A stretch of DNA of 64,000 bases from an uncultured Acidobacteriota bacterium (GTDB lineage Bacteria; Acidobacteriota; Vicinamibacteria; Vicinamibacterales; Fen-181): assembly GCA_963776495.1 (NCBI GenBank), contig CAVZMW010000006.1:265119-329118 (forward strand). Reading direction: 5' to 3'. A model generated the notes under the pieces. The model saw only the letters and a program-made list of their open reading frames with translations. It did no database searches and was not told where the DNA came from. Below are positions 12,844-22,572 of this stretch, piece by piece (the first letter of the stretch is position 1; every line of letters starts with the position of its first letter). The translations under genes were made by a program, and so were the position numbers.

Positions 12844-13455
12844 CTAGTGCTTCCGGATCACTTCGTCAATGATACCGTAATCCTTGGCCTGCTCCGCCGA
12901 CATGATGTAGTCGCGCTCGGTGTCGTCCTGGATGCGCTTGAGCGCCTGGCCGGTGTGGCCGGTCAGGATCTCGTTGAGCCGCTCGCGCATCCGGATGATC
13001 TCCTTGGCGGCGATGTCGATGTCGGTCGCCTGGCCCGCCAGGCCCTGCATCAGCGGCTGGTGGATCACGATGCGCGAGTTGGGCAGCGAGAACCGCTTCC
13101 CCTTCGCCCCGCCCGCCAGCAGGACCGCGGCCATCGACGCGGCCTGGCCCAGGCAGTAGGTCTGCACGTCGGGGCGGATGAACTGCATCGTGTCGTAAAC
13201 CGCCAACCCGGCCGTGATCGAGCCGCCCGGGCTGTTGATGTACAGCAGGATGTCCTTCTCCGGGTCCTCCGACTCGAGGAACAGCATCTGCGCGATCACC
13301 AGGTTCGCCATCGAGTCGTCGATCGGCGTCCCGATGAAGATGATGCTGTCCTTCAGCAGGCGCGAGAAGATGTCGTAGGCCCGCTCGCCGCGGCTGGTCT
13401 GCTCGACGACCATCGGCACCAGCTGCGCGCGGGGCGTGATGAGATCAGATGACAT
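12844..13455 (-). CDS. clpP: ATP-dependent Clp protease proteolytic subunit
   Basis: [42 protein letters not shown]. Confidence 0.98.
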   Translation of the reverse strand: MSSDLITPRAQLVPMVVEQTSRGERAYDIFSRLLKDSIIFIGTPIDDSMANLVIAQMLFLESEDPEKDILLYINSPGGSITAGLAVYDTMQFIRPDVQTYCLGQAASMAAVLLAGGAKGKRFSLPNSRIVIHQPLMQGLAGQATDIDIAAKEIIRMRERLNEILTGHTGQALKRIQDDTERDYIMSAEQAKDYGIIDEVIRKH

Positions 13456-13464
13456 AGGCGTCGG

Positions 13465-14754
13465 TCACTCTGCGGCGATGGTAACACGCGACAGGAGGTA
13501 GTCCACGGCCCGCTCCCGGCGCAGGCCGGTGCGCAGCGGCTCCAGCTCCCCGTCCTTCTCGAGCCCGGCCCGCACGGCCGGGGTGCTCTTCCCCGACCGC
13601 TCGGCGTAGGACGCCACCTCCCGGTCCAGGTCCTCGTCGCTCACCTCGAGGTTCTCGCGGCGCGAGACCTCGTCGATCACGATCATCGCCTTCACGGCCT
13701 CTTCGGCCGGGCCCCGCTGGTCCTCGCGGAACGCCTTCCAGTCGATGCCGGCCTGCCGCGGGTCGATCCGCTCCTGGACGAGGTGGCGGATGAAGTCCTG
13801 CGTCCGCCGATCGACGTCGCGCTCGACCAGCACCTGCGGCACCTCGAACGTCACCCGGGCCGCCAGCGCCTTCAGCAGGTCGGCGCGCAGCTTCCGGTCC
13901 GCCTCGCGGGCCGTCTCGCGCGCCAGCCCCTCGCGCACCTGCTCGCGGAGCGTGTCGAGCGTGTCGGCGTCGCTCACTTCCTTCGCCAGGTCGTCGTCGA
14001 GCGGCGGCACCACGCGCCGGCGGACCGCCCGCACCTTCACGGTGTACTCGACGTCCTTCGACTGCAGCTCCGTGATGGCGTAGTCGGCGGGGTAGCGGAC
14101 GCGGAACGTCTTCGCCTCGCCGCCGCGCATCCCGGACAGGTGCTCGTCGAACCCCGGCGGGTTCACCGCCGCGCCCAGCTCGACCGACACGTTCTCGTGC
14201 TGCTCGGACGGCCCCGCCGACCCGTCCGCCTCGATCGACCGCCGCTCGAGGTCCACGGCCGCCGTGTCGCCCGTCTCCAGCCCCCGGTCCTCGATCGGCT
14301 CGTAGCGCGCCGCGCGCTGCCTCAGCCGTTCGAGCGCCTGGTCCACCGCCTCCGACTCGACCGTGGACGGGTACCGGCGGAGGCTGATCGTGGCGTAGTC
14401 GCCCGGATCGACCGGCGGCACCGTCTCGAACGAGGCCGTGAACTTCAGCGGCTGCCCGTCGCGGATGTCCGCGTCGTGGACGTCGGGCGTGGCCACCGGC
14501 TCGATCCCCCGCTCGCCGAGCGCCGCGCTCACCGCCTTGGGCACCAGCTCGTGCGCGACCTCGTGGTAGATCTCGTCGCGGAACCGCTGCTTCACCACCG
14601 AGGTCGGCACCTTGCCCGGCCTGAACCCGGGCACCCGCGCCGTCCGGCCGATGTCCCGGGTGATGCGGGCGATCTCGGCGTCGACCTCGTCGGCCGGGAT
14701 CTCGATGACCAGGTTCTTCTTCGTTTCCGAGACGTCGATCAAATCGCTCTTCAT
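13465..14754 (-). CDS. tig: Trigger factor
   Basis: VPGFRPGKVP signature, FKBP-like PPGFDEHLSGM; start set at ATG14754; precedes clpP. Confidence 0.96.
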   Translation of the reverse strand: MKSDLIDVSETKKNLVIEIPADEVDAEIARITRDIGRTARVPGFRPGKVPTSVVKQRFRDEIYHEVAHELVPKAVSAALGERGIEPVATPDVHDADIRDGQPLKFTASFETVPPVDPGDYATISLRRYPSTVESEAVDQALERLRQRAARYEPIEDRGLETGDTAAVDLERRSIEADGSAGPSEQHENVSVELGAAVNPPGFDEHLSGMRGGEAKTFRVRYPADYAITELQSKDVEYTVKVRAVRRRVVPPLDDDLAKEVSDADTLDTLREQVREGLARETAREADRKLRADLLKALAARVTFEVPQVLVERDVDRRTQDFIRHLVQERIDPRQAGIDWKAFREDQRGPAEEAVKAMIVIDEVSRRENLEVSDEDLDREVASYAERSGKSTPAVRAGLEKDGELEPLRTGLRRERAVDYLLSRVTIAAE

Positions 14755-14998
14755 GGATGTTATCGGCTTGAGAGAGGCCGGCTCCAGCGCCGAGGGGCTG
14801 AGAGTGGCGAGACTCAGTTCCTGGACCGGGCGGACCGGTCGCCCTCGACGGCCGGCCCGTAATCCCCCATTGTAGTCGACAAATAGGGCTCCGCGGGCTC
14901 CGCAAGGACGCGGAGCCCAGGAAAAGGCGCCAGCCGGCCGTGAGCCGTGAGCCGTGAGCCGGACGTGCGAGCGAGGCGCAGCCGAGCGAGCGGAGTTA

Positions 14999-15082
14999 TG
15001 GGCGAGGCGGGAGTCGAACCCGCACGTCCTTTCGGACACAAGATCCTAAGTCTTGCGCGGATGCCAATTTCGCCACTCGCCC
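14999..15082 (-). tRNA. tRNA-Leu (anticodon TAG), CCA not encoded
   Basis: GGGCGAG/CTCGCCC acceptor stem, CAAGA-CTTAGGA-TCTTG anticodon arm, long variable arm GTCC-GAAA-GGAC, GGTTCGACTCC T-arm; usual position upstream of tig. Confidence 0.96.
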
Positions 15083-15117
15083 GAGGGACACCACTATAAC
15101 GCAACAGGAGGGACGAG

Positions 15118-15408
15118 GGGCTGACGGCTGACGGCTGATGGCCGACGGCATCCCGGGAGGGCCGCCCAGCCGGAGCCCTGCCGGTCGCCGCCCCTGCCCT
15201 TCGACTCGGGCGCGTCGCGCCGGGCTCCCGCCTTCGCCCGCTGCGCAAGCGGTGGCGGGCTCCGGCGAGGCTCGCCGAAGCGCGAAGCGCGGAGGCGGCA
15301 ACTCGGCGGACCTCGAATTCGCCCTTGGCGCCGACCCGGTCCGCGCCTGGCTCTCCAGCGCCGGCCGCCAGCCGCATGCCGCCAGCCGGCAGCCGTCCGC
15401 CGTCGGCC
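15118..15408. repeat. Composite repeat: GGCTGAC heptamer arm, internal palindromic repeats, degenerate reverse arm
   Basis: ggctgac ggctgac ggctgat ggccgac ...; cccttcgactcgggcgc; tcccgccttcgccc...ggcgaggctcgccgaagcgc...gcggaggcgg (15226-15298); ...gccagcc ggcagcc gtccgcc gtcggcc. Confidence 0.7.
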
Positions 15409-15477
15409 GGAAGACGCTATGAATATCTCGCGTCTTCCGGTAGCATCCCGCGTAATTCGTCCATGAGGAGGCCACGC

Positions 15478-17607
15478 ATGAGTGCAGGGCAGCAGGAAGG
15501 GCAGGGAAACGGGGGCCGCAAGCTGCACCCGGCGGCGTACCGGGAGTTGAAGCCGGGAGAGACCTACGAGCCCTACGTGCCGGCCGGGGCGGCTGTGCCC
15601 GAGTTCACCGTCCGGTCGGTGGTCCTCGGGATCATCATGGTCCTCGTCTTCTCGGTCGCCTCGACCTACTCGGGGCTCAAGATCGCGCAGGTGATGGAGG
15701 CCGCGATCCCGATCAGCATCCTGGCCGTCGGCGTCTCGGGGTTCTTCGCGCGCAAGAACACGATCCTCGAGAACGTCATCGTCCAGAGCATCGGCGGCGC
15801 CTCGGGCCTGATCGTGGCCGGGTCGATCTTCACCCTGCCCGCCCTCTACATCATGAACGTGGCGCCGGGCACGATGTCCATGCTGCTGACGATCTTCATC
15901 GTCTCGGTGCTGGGCGCGTCGCTCGGCCTGCTCTTCCTGATCCCGCTGCGGCGCTACTTCGTCGCCGAGCAGCACGGCAAGCTGCCCTTCCCCGAGGCCA
16001 CGGCCATCAACGAGGTCTACGTCACCGGCGAGAAGGGGGGCGAACAGGCGAAGACGCTGGTCGTCGCCGCGCTCGTCGGGGGGATCTACGACTTCCTGGC
16101 CGTCACCGTGCGGGGCTGGAACGAGATCGTCAACTTCCAGTTCGTTCCGGTGGTGAAGAAGCTCGCGACCGACTTCAAGGCCACCATCAGCATCAACGCC
16201 ATCAGCATGATCGTGGGCCTCGGCTACATCACCGGGCTGCGCTTCTCGGCGATCATCTGCGCCGGCGGCTTCTTCTCGACGCTGATCCTCGTGCCGCTCA
16301 TCTTCCACTTCGGCCAGCACGTGCCGGCGCTCGCCATCCCGCCCGCGCCGCTGCCGGGGTTCCCGGACTTCATCCCCGACATGAGCGCCAACCAGGTGTT
16401 CCGGCTCTACGCGCAGCGCATCGGCGTCGGCGCGATGGCCGGCGCCGGGATCATCGGCATCGTCAAGGCCCTGCCGACGATCGTCCGAGCCTTCTCGCTC
16501 GGCTTCAAGCAGATCTTCTCGCGCCACGAAGACGCCCAGGCGGTGCTGCGGACGGACCGCGACCTCAAGATGAGCACCGTCCTGGGCGGGATCGTGCTCA
16601 GCGCCATCGCCATCGGCGTCTTCTTCTACGTCCTGCTGAGCCAGGATCAGGGCGTGGCGGCCAAGGCCCCGCAGATCGCGCTGACCGGCCTCGCCATCGC
16701 GTTCGTCTTCGCGTTCCTCTTCACGACCGTCGCCGCCCTGGCCACGGCGATGACCGGCAACAACCCGATCTCGGGCATGACGCTGGTCACGCTGATCCTG
16801 GGCTCGAGCGCGCTGGTGGCGGTCGGGCTGCAGGGCGAGTTCGGCAAGTACGCCGCGATCGTGATGGGCGCCGTCGTCTGCACGTCGCTCTCGATGGCGG
16901 GCGGCTTCGTGACCGACCTCAAGGTGGGCTACTGGCTGGGCGCGACGCCGCGGCACCAGGAGATCTCGAAGGTGATCGGCACGCTCTTCGCGGCCGTGGG
17001 CGTGGCGCTGACCGTGCTCCTCATCCACCGGGCCTACGGGCACACCGACGCGGCGACGGGGCTGTTCGTCAGCGGCTTCCTCGATCCGCGGGTCCCGGCG
17101 CCGCAGGCCAACCTGTTCGCCACCATCCTCTCGGGCATCTTCGACCAGGCGCCGGTCACCTGGCTGCTCTACAGCGTGGGCCTCGTGCTGTCGCTGCTGC
17201 TGCTCATGATGGGGATCCCGCCGCTGGCCTTCGCCATCGGGATGTACCTGCCGCTCCAGATCAACACGCCGCTGTTTGTCGGTGGCCTGATCTCGCATTG
17301 GGTCGGCAAGTCCAGCAAGGACGCCAAGGTCTCCGAGGCGCGCAGCACCCGCGGCACGCTGCTCGCGAGCGGCTTCATCGCGGGCGGGGCGCTGGCGGGC
17401 GTGCTGGGGGCGGTGCTGAATCTCATCAAGACGGGGATCCCGGACCCGGCCTCGAAGGGCGACTTCAAGTCGATCGCCCAGCTCATCGACCTGCCGTCGG
17501 TCATGAACTTCAGCGCGGAGGGCGACTGGCCGCAGATCATCTCGATGATGTTCTTCGTCGGGCTGTGCTGCTACCTGTACTACGACGCGAAGCGCGCGAA
17601 GGCGTAG
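15478..17607 (+). CDS. OPT family oligopeptide transporter
   Basis: PYVPA...PEFTVRS, YSGLKI, ENVIVQS, LPFPEATA, NPISGMTL, TDLKVGYWLGATPRHQ, APQA; many TM segments; ATG15478 after AGGAG. Confidence 0.93.
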   Translation: MSAGQQEGQGNGGRKLHPAAYRELKPGETYEPYVPAGAAVPEFTVRSVVLGIIMVLVFSVASTYSGLKIAQVMEAAIPISILAVGVSGFFARKNTILENVIVQSIGGASGLIVAGSIFTLPALYIMNVAPGTMSMLLTIFIVSVLGASLGLLFLIPLRRYFVAEQHGKLPFPEATAINEVYVTGEKGGEQAKTLVVAALVGGIYDFLAVTVRGWNEIVNFQFVPVVKKLATDFKATISINAISMIVGLGYITGLRFSAIICAGGFFSTLILVPLIFHFGQHVPALAIPPAPLPGFPDFIPDMSANQVFRLYAQRIGVGAMAGAGIIGIVKALPTIVRAFSLGFKQIFSRHEDAQAVLRTDRDLKMSTVLGGIVLSAIAIGVFFYVLLSQDQGVAAKAPQIALTGLAIAFVFAFLFTTVAALATAMTGNNPISGMTLVTLILGSSALVAVGLQGEFGKYAAIVMGAVVCTSLSMAGGFVTDLKVGYWLGATPRHQEISKVIGTLFAAVGVALTVLLIHRAYGHTDAATGLFVSGFLDPRVPAPQANLFATILSGIFDQAPVTWLLYSVGLVLSLLLLMMGIPPLAFAIGMYLPLQINTPLFVGGLISHWVGKSSKDAKVSEARSTRGTLLASGFIAGGALAGVLGAVLNLIKTGIPDPASKGDFKSIAQLIDLPSVMNFSAEGDWPQIISMMFFVGLCCYLYYDAKRAKA

Positions 17608-17610
17608 CGC

Positions 17611-17683
17611 GGGGATCGGGGGTCAGGGACGAGGGATCAGCGAGGGATGAGGGACGTCGTAGGGGCGGGCCTTGTGCCCGCCG
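17611..17683. repeat. GGGATCA-type heptamer array plus GTAG REP-like hairpin
   Basis: ggggatcggg ggtcagggac gagggatcag ... gtaggggcgggccttgtgcccgcc; inverted heptamer arm at 19508-19550. Confidence 0.65.
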
Positions 17684-17736
17684 GTTGGCCGAGTGTCGGG
17701 CGGACCTTCCGGCCGCCGCCTGCGGTCGGTGACCGG

Positions 17737-17765
17737 TTGACGGCATTATCGAGTTACGATAATCT
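17737..17765 (+). promoter_or_regulatory. higBA promoter with overlapping palindromic operator
   Basis: TTGACG-17 nt-TAATCT; inverted repeat ATTATCG-N5-CGATAAT (17745-17763); GTG start 6 nt after the -10 box, suggesting a leaderless mRNA. Confidence 0.7.
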
Positions 17766-17771
17766 GAAATA

Positions 17772-18062
17772 GTGATCCGGTCCTTCGGCAATCGGCTGGC
17801 CGAGGAGGTCTACGACGATCGTCGGACGGCCGCGGTCAGACATCTGCCGCCGTCGCTCTACGCGGCGGCCAGGCGGAAGCTACTCTACCTCCACGAGGCC
17901 GAAAGCCTCCAGGACCTTCGAGTGCCGCCGGGCAACAGGCTCGAGGCGCTGAAGGGCGACAGGAAGGGCTGGTTCTCGATTCGCATCAACGAGCAATGGC
18001 GGCTCGTGTTTCGCTGGCGCGACGACCACGCGTTCGACGTGGCCATCATCGACTACCACTGA
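17772..18062 (+). CDS. higB: HigB-family (RelE/ParE) toxin
   Basis: MIRSF...ARRKL..L...LQDLRVPPGNRLEALKGDRKGWFSIRINEQWRLVFRW...IIDYH. Confidence 0.93.
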   Translation: MIRSFGNRLAEEVYDDRRTAAVRHLPPSLYAAARRKLLYLHEAESLQDLRVPPGNRLEALKGDRKGWFSIRINEQWRLVFRWRDDHAFDVAIIDYH

Positions 18063-18071
18063 GGACCGGCT

Positions 18072-18335
18072 ATGCGCCCACCCAAGAATCCGATTCATCC
18101 CGGCGAGATCCTGTTGGAGGAGTTCCTGAAGCCCGCCGGTGAGACCCAGGCGGCGTTCGCCGCGCGGATCGGCTGGACGCGCGCCCGTCTCAACGAACTC
18201 ATTCGCGGCAAGAGGGGCATCACGGCCGACGCCGCGATCGATTTGGCGGATGCGCTCGGGACGTCGAGCAAGATCTGGATGAACCTCCAGTCGACCTGGG
18301 ACCTCGCCCAGGCGGCGAAGCGGCGCGCGGCGTAG
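18072..18335 (+). CDS. higA: HigA-family HTH antitoxin
   Basis: PIHPGEILLEEFLKP..TQ..FA..IG...LNELIRGKRGIT...WMNLQ..WDL; follows the toxin. Confidence 0.93.
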   Translation: MRPPKNPIHPGEILLEEFLKPAGETQAAFAARIGWTRARLNELIRGKRGITADAAIDLADALGTSSKIWMNLQSTWDLAQAAKRRAA

Positions 18336-18341
18336 AAACAG

Positions 18342-18552
18342 GCTCACCCCTCGACTTCGCTCGGGGTGCCCAAGGCCCAGGGCTCAAGCCAAGAGGCTCA
18401 AGGCTCAGGGCTCAGGGCTCAAGCCAAGAGGCTCAAGGCGCAGGGCGGCGGTGTTCCACCTCTGGCCCGACCGTACGTAGGCCGGCCCCTTCACCCCTCG
18501 ACGTTGCTCGGGGTGCCCTGAGCGAGGGTGCGGAGCGCCCGAGTCGAAGGGC
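18342..18552. repeat. Composite repeat: cccctcgacttcgctcggggtgccc element plus GGCTCAG heptamers
   Basis: 18491-18551 is the reverse complement of copies at about 23789-23850 and 48925-48985; partial copy at 33575-33615. Confidence 0.8.
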
Positions 18553-18590
18553 AGGGGCGGCGAGGCTCAGGGAAGAAAGCGGACTGAACG

Positions 18591-19496
18591 ATGAATCGCT
18601 TGTGGGCTGCCTGGCTTCTCGTGCCTGCACTGTCGATCGACCAGCGGCCGGCTGAGGCGCCGCCGGCACAAGAAGACGCGATGGTCGTTGCCGTGGCACG
18701 CGAGACGACCGTGCTGGAAGGAGGCATCAGCTGCTGTCGTATGAATCCGCCAGGTGTGGTCAGCGTGGTGCCCATCGCGTGGCTCACTGCCAGTGGTGAC
18801 TGGAAGAGCACAGGCTGCGACTTCGACCACCGATCGGCGTGTCGCCAGTTCGGACGCAATTACCTCAGTCACCCTCACTCGTATCGCGTGGTCAGCGCCG
18901 ATGGGCGCGGGGCGACGGTTCGGGTCAAGCGGATGGAAATGAGCGGCGAAGACGAGTGTCTCTATTATGGCGGCACCGGAATCTACTCAGGTGCGCCGAT
19001 TGCGTTTGCGGCCGTTGCGGCGGACCCAGCCGGGATCTTCACGAGTGGGCCGCCCGCCGAGCGGGTTCCCGAGTCCGAGGCAGAGCCGATCCGACAGGCG
19101 TTCGCGGTCGCCGCCCGCGAGAAGCTGGTTCCAGCCGGTAAGAAGCTGGATTCAAGTGCGAATCTGCGAGTCTACCGTGTTCGTCTCGAGGGACAGGACG
19201 TGCTGGTCGTGCAGCGGGCGCTCCATGATTTCACTCTGCAGCAACTGCGACAGCAGATGGGAGATTTCCAGTCGGTCTTTGCGGTCGGCAAGCTCGAGGG
19301 CGCGCGATTTGTCCCCGTTCTGGAGATGAGTCTGAACTGGGGGAATGAGCTGATCCTCGGGACGATTCATCTGCGGAACGGACGCGATTTCCTCATCACG
19401 TCTGCAAACTACTCCGAGGGTCAGGAATTCCACGTTCTTGGCGTCCGGGACGGCAAGGTGGTCGTCCTCTTTGCCGGTAGCGGATCCAGTTGCTGA
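18591..19496 (+). CDS. Hypothetical secreted protein
   Basis: 301-aa ORF with signal-peptide-like N-terminus, several Cys and a C-terminal GSGSSC; less GC-biased codon usage than core genes. Confidence 0.7.
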   Translation: MNRLWAAWLLVPALSIDQRPAEAPPAQEDAMVVAVARETTVLEGGISCCRMNPPGVVSVVPIAWLTASGDWKSTGCDFDHRSACRQFGRNYLSHPHSYRVVSADGRGATVRVKRMEMSGEDECLYYGGTGIYSGAPIAFAAVAADPAGIFTSGPPAERVPESEAEPIRQAFAVAAREKLVPAGKKLDSSANLRVYRVRLEGQDVLVVQRALHDFTLQQLRQQMGDFQSVFAVGKLEGARFVPVLEMSLNWGNELILGTIHLRNGRDFLITSANYSEGQEFHVLGVRDGKVVVLFAGSGSSC

Positions 19497-19564
19497 ATTG
19501 CGTGCGTGAGCCCTGATCCCCGGCCCCCTGGTCCCCGATCCCTGACCCCCGCCGTGAGCCTGGT

Positions 19565-20572
19565 CTACGTGACATATCGTCCGCCGGGAAGGACTGCGAG
19601 CCGCCGCGTCACCAGCAGCGCCGCGGGGCATGTCAGCGAGAAGGCGGCCACGTCCCAGAGCACCGGCGCTCTGCCCAGCCCTGCCTTCGTGACGAGGTGC
19701 GAGACCAGGTCGAGCACGAGGGGGTGCAGCAGGTAGATCCCATAAGAATAGAGCCCGAACGGGGCGACAAGCCGGGCCAGCGAGCGCCCCGACGGAGCCA
19801 GCGCCCGGCCGAAGGACGCCAACAGGCAGAAGCCCGCGAGCGCGCTTCCCGTCCCGAGTATTCTGCCGGCGCCGGTTCCCATCACGCCGATACAAGTGAG
19901 CACCGGGTAAGTCACCCAGACCAGCGCCAAAAGAAACCGGCCCGCTGGACGCTCGCACAGGCGCCGCACGACAACGGGCCTGTCGGAGAGCATGTAGCCG
20001 GCGACGAAATACCCGACCAGCGACGAGCAGGAAAACATGATCGCGGCGACGGTCCAGTCGGGTGCGTGCGCCCTGACCCATGGACGAACGAGCAGTTGCA
20101 GCGCGAACGCCGCGGCACAGGTGGCAGCCGGACTCCTGCGATAGAGCCGGCGAAGCCATGGGTGGAGCAGGTAGAGCCCGATGATCGCAGGCATGAACCA
20201 CAGGTGGCCGGAGATCGAGAAGAAGACGAACGAATCGAAGAGCGATGGGTGCTGCGGCAGCGCCAGTACGGCGAACACCACGCTGTAGACGAGGTACGCC
20301 ACCACCAGGAACTTCAGCGTGCGGCGATAGAAACCGATGGGACGAGTCTCGTTCCGCGGGTTCAGGCTGAGGGAGAAGCCGGAGAGCAGCACGAACGCCG
20401 GCACGGCGAACGAGAAGGGAGAGAGCCACCCGGCCCAGAGCTGCGGGTTTCCTTTCGACGCCACGTGAATGGCGATCACCGCGAGGATGCACGCCCCTCT
20501 GATGACGGGCGCGGCGAAGACGAAGTACTCCCGGGCTGCTCGGACCTCGCCCTCTTCCACGACGACAGGCAT
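19565..20572 (-). CDS. Acyltransferase-3 family membrane protein
   Basis: IRGACILAVIAIH, FAVPAFVLLSGF, GHLWFMP, YSYGIYLLHP; multiple TM segments. Confidence 0.88.
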   Translation of the reverse strand: MPVVVEEGEVRAAREYFVFAAPVIRGACILAVIAIHVASKGNPQLWAGWLSPFSFAVPAFVLLSGFSLSLNPRNETRPIGFYRRTLKFLVVAYLVYSVVFAVLALPQHPSLFDSFVFFSISGHLWFMPAIIGLYLLHPWLRRLYRRSPAATCAAAFALQLLVRPWVRAHAPDWTVAAIMFSCSSLVGYFVAGYMLSDRPVVVRRLCERPAGRFLLALVWVTYPVLTCIGVMGTGAGRILGTGSALAGFCLLASFGRALAPSGRSLARLVAPFGLYSYGIYLLHPLVLDLVSHLVTKAGLGRAPVLWDVAAFSLTCPAALLVTRRLAVLPGGRYVT

Positions 20573-20993
20573 CGCGGCGCATCATAGCCCAGCCGGCCTC
20601 TTGCCGCACCGCTCATGTCGGCTGTCGGCCACTTTCCCGGTACCGGGGGATCTCGTCCCAGGGGATGATGCCGCCGGAATCGACTGTTCTCCTCGGAATC
20701 CGAATCGACGGCGGGGCGCTGATATCGCCCGTCGTCTGTAGTAGAATCGGTCGGTTTCGATCAGTCTCCGATTTCTGACCACGCCGTGATCGATCCCCCC
20801 GGTGCGGGAGAGATACCCCCCTCTGTAACGCACGACGCATTGGCTGCTCCCCGAGGGACGTGGAGTGGGAGCGACCCACCGTGTTTGCTGGCGCCGTTGT
20901 GTCGTCCCGGAGGTGCACCGAGAATTCGGGGCCGGTCCGGCGGATCGATCGACCCGTTGTCGCAGTCGCCCTTGAGAGGCGGGAGGAGGCGTA

Positions 20994-22376
20994 GTGCTGA
21001 GGTGTAGCCGATTTGGGACGTGTCGCGTGGCGGTGGTGGCGTGTGCTGTGACCATTCTGGCCCTTCTGGCGGCCTGCGGTAGCGATACTCCGCCACCGAG
21101 ATACAGCGTAGGCGGCACGGTCAGCGGCCTGGCCGGAACCGGCCTGGCGCTGCAGGACAACGGCGGAGACGATCTGAACGTCGCGGCCAACGGAGCCTTC
21201 ACGTTCTCCGTTCCGGTGGTGCGCGGCGCCACCTACGCGGTCACGGTGAAGACCCAGCCTCGCTTGCTCGCGCAGACGTGTACCGTGAGCGCGGGGTCGG
21301 GCGCCGTGGGCGCGACGCCGGTCACCGCGGTGAGGGTGGAGTGCGTGACGCCGACACCCCGCTTCGCGTACGTGACGCAACAGGCGAGGAACACGGTCAC
21401 CGCGTATGCCATCGACGGCACGACAGGAGCGTTGATCGATCCGCCGGTCGGCAGCTGGGCCACCGGCACGGTTCCCGTCTCCGTCGCGATCGATCCGTTG
21501 CGGCGCTTCCTCTACGTGGCGAACTACAACGCCAACAGCGTCTCCGCCTATACCCTCGATACGGCAACCGGCGCCTTGGCGTCGGTCCCCGGCTCCCCCT
21601 TCAGCACCGGGGCTGGCCCCTACCTCGTCACCGTCGATCCCGCCGGCCGCTTCGCCTACGTCGCCGATAGCGACTCCAACAACATCTCCGCCTACGCGAT
21701 CGACCCTGGCACCGGAGCCCTTTCGGAGATTCCAGGCTCCCCCTTCGCGGCTGGCGACGGCTCGCGCTCGTTCCAGCTGGCGCCGTCCGGGAAGCTCGGC
21801 TATGGCACCGCGCCCACACAGGTGCTGGTCTACGGCGTCAATGCCGCAACTGGCGCCCTGAGCCCGGCGGGAAGCATCTCGCCCGTCTCGGGGGGAGGAG
21901 GCATCAGCCTCGCGATGGACCCGGGAGGGCGGTTCCTCTACGCTCCCAACTACCAGTGGGCCGACCCGACCTATGTCTCGGCATTCGCCCTCAATGCCGC
22001 GACCGGCGCGCCGGCCGAAGTGACCGGCTCGCCGTTCCAGGCGGACGGCGGCGCCGGGTGGGCCGTCGTCGAACCGGCAGGACGGTACGCCTACGTGGCG
22101 AACCTCGCGTCTTCGACCGTTGCCGCCTACAGCATCAATCAGGCGACCGGAGCCCTGACCCGGATCGCCTCCTATCCGGCCGGATCGACGTCCTCCGTTT
22201 TCGTGGCGGCCGATCCTTCGGGACGATTCGTCTATGTGGGGAACAACTGGGGAACCGTCTCGGGGTACGCGATCGATAGCGGCACCGGAGCGCTGACGGC
22301 GATCACCGGATCCCCCTTTAGACTCCCGTCCCAGTCGGGCTACGGGATCATCGCGATCGCGATCCTGGCTCGGTGA
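20994..22376 (+). CDS. Lipoprotein with Ig-like N-domain and lactonase-like beta-propeller
   Basis: Lipobox LLAAC; YSVGGTVSGL...YAVTVKTQP domain; repeated DPxGRFxYVAN...VSAYxIDxxTGAL blades. Confidence 0.85.
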   Translation: MLRCSRFGTCRVAVVACAVTILALLAACGSDTPPPRYSVGGTVSGLAGTGLALQDNGGDDLNVAANGAFTFSVPVVRGATYAVTVKTQPRLLAQTCTVSAGSGAVGATPVTAVRVECVTPTPRFAYVTQQARNTVTAYAIDGTTGALIDPPVGSWATGTVPVSVAIDPLRRFLYVANYNANSVSAYTLDTATGALASVPGSPFSTGAGPYLVTVDPAGRFAYVADSDSNNISAYAIDPGTGALSEIPGSPFAAGDGSRSFQLAPSGKLGYGTAPTQVLVYGVNAATGALSPAGSISPVSGGGGISLAMDPGGRFLYAPNYQWADPTYVSAFALNAATGAPAEVTGSPFQADGGAGWAVVEPAGRYAYVANLASSTVAAYSINQATGALTRIASYPAGSTSSVFVAADPSGRFVYVGNNWGTVSGYAIDSGTGALTAITGSPFRLPSQSGYGIIAIAILAR

Positions 22377-22572
22377 CGCGCGGCGGTCTGTTGCGTGGGG
22401 GCGGGCGCTGACACGATGCTAAACTTCAACCTGGACGGCAACTTCCCGCAGGTCGTCTCCTCATGCATCAGCTTGCGAAGGCGGCGCAGGCGGATGTACC
22501 TTCGGCGGCCAGGAACCCGTCATGCAGATCCTCTGCCTGCTTCACCGGCAATCTCCAAGGAGGAGCGTTCAG

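Noticed and set aside
14999-15082. tRNA-Leu as an island integration site
   Set aside because: No duplicated tRNA 3' end was seen in the window, and tig follows directly as in the usual arrangement.
20580-20993. Riboswitch or ncRNA upstream of the beta-propeller lipoprotein
   Set aside because: Several hairpins are present but I could not match any riboswitch consensus; an Rfam scan would be needed.
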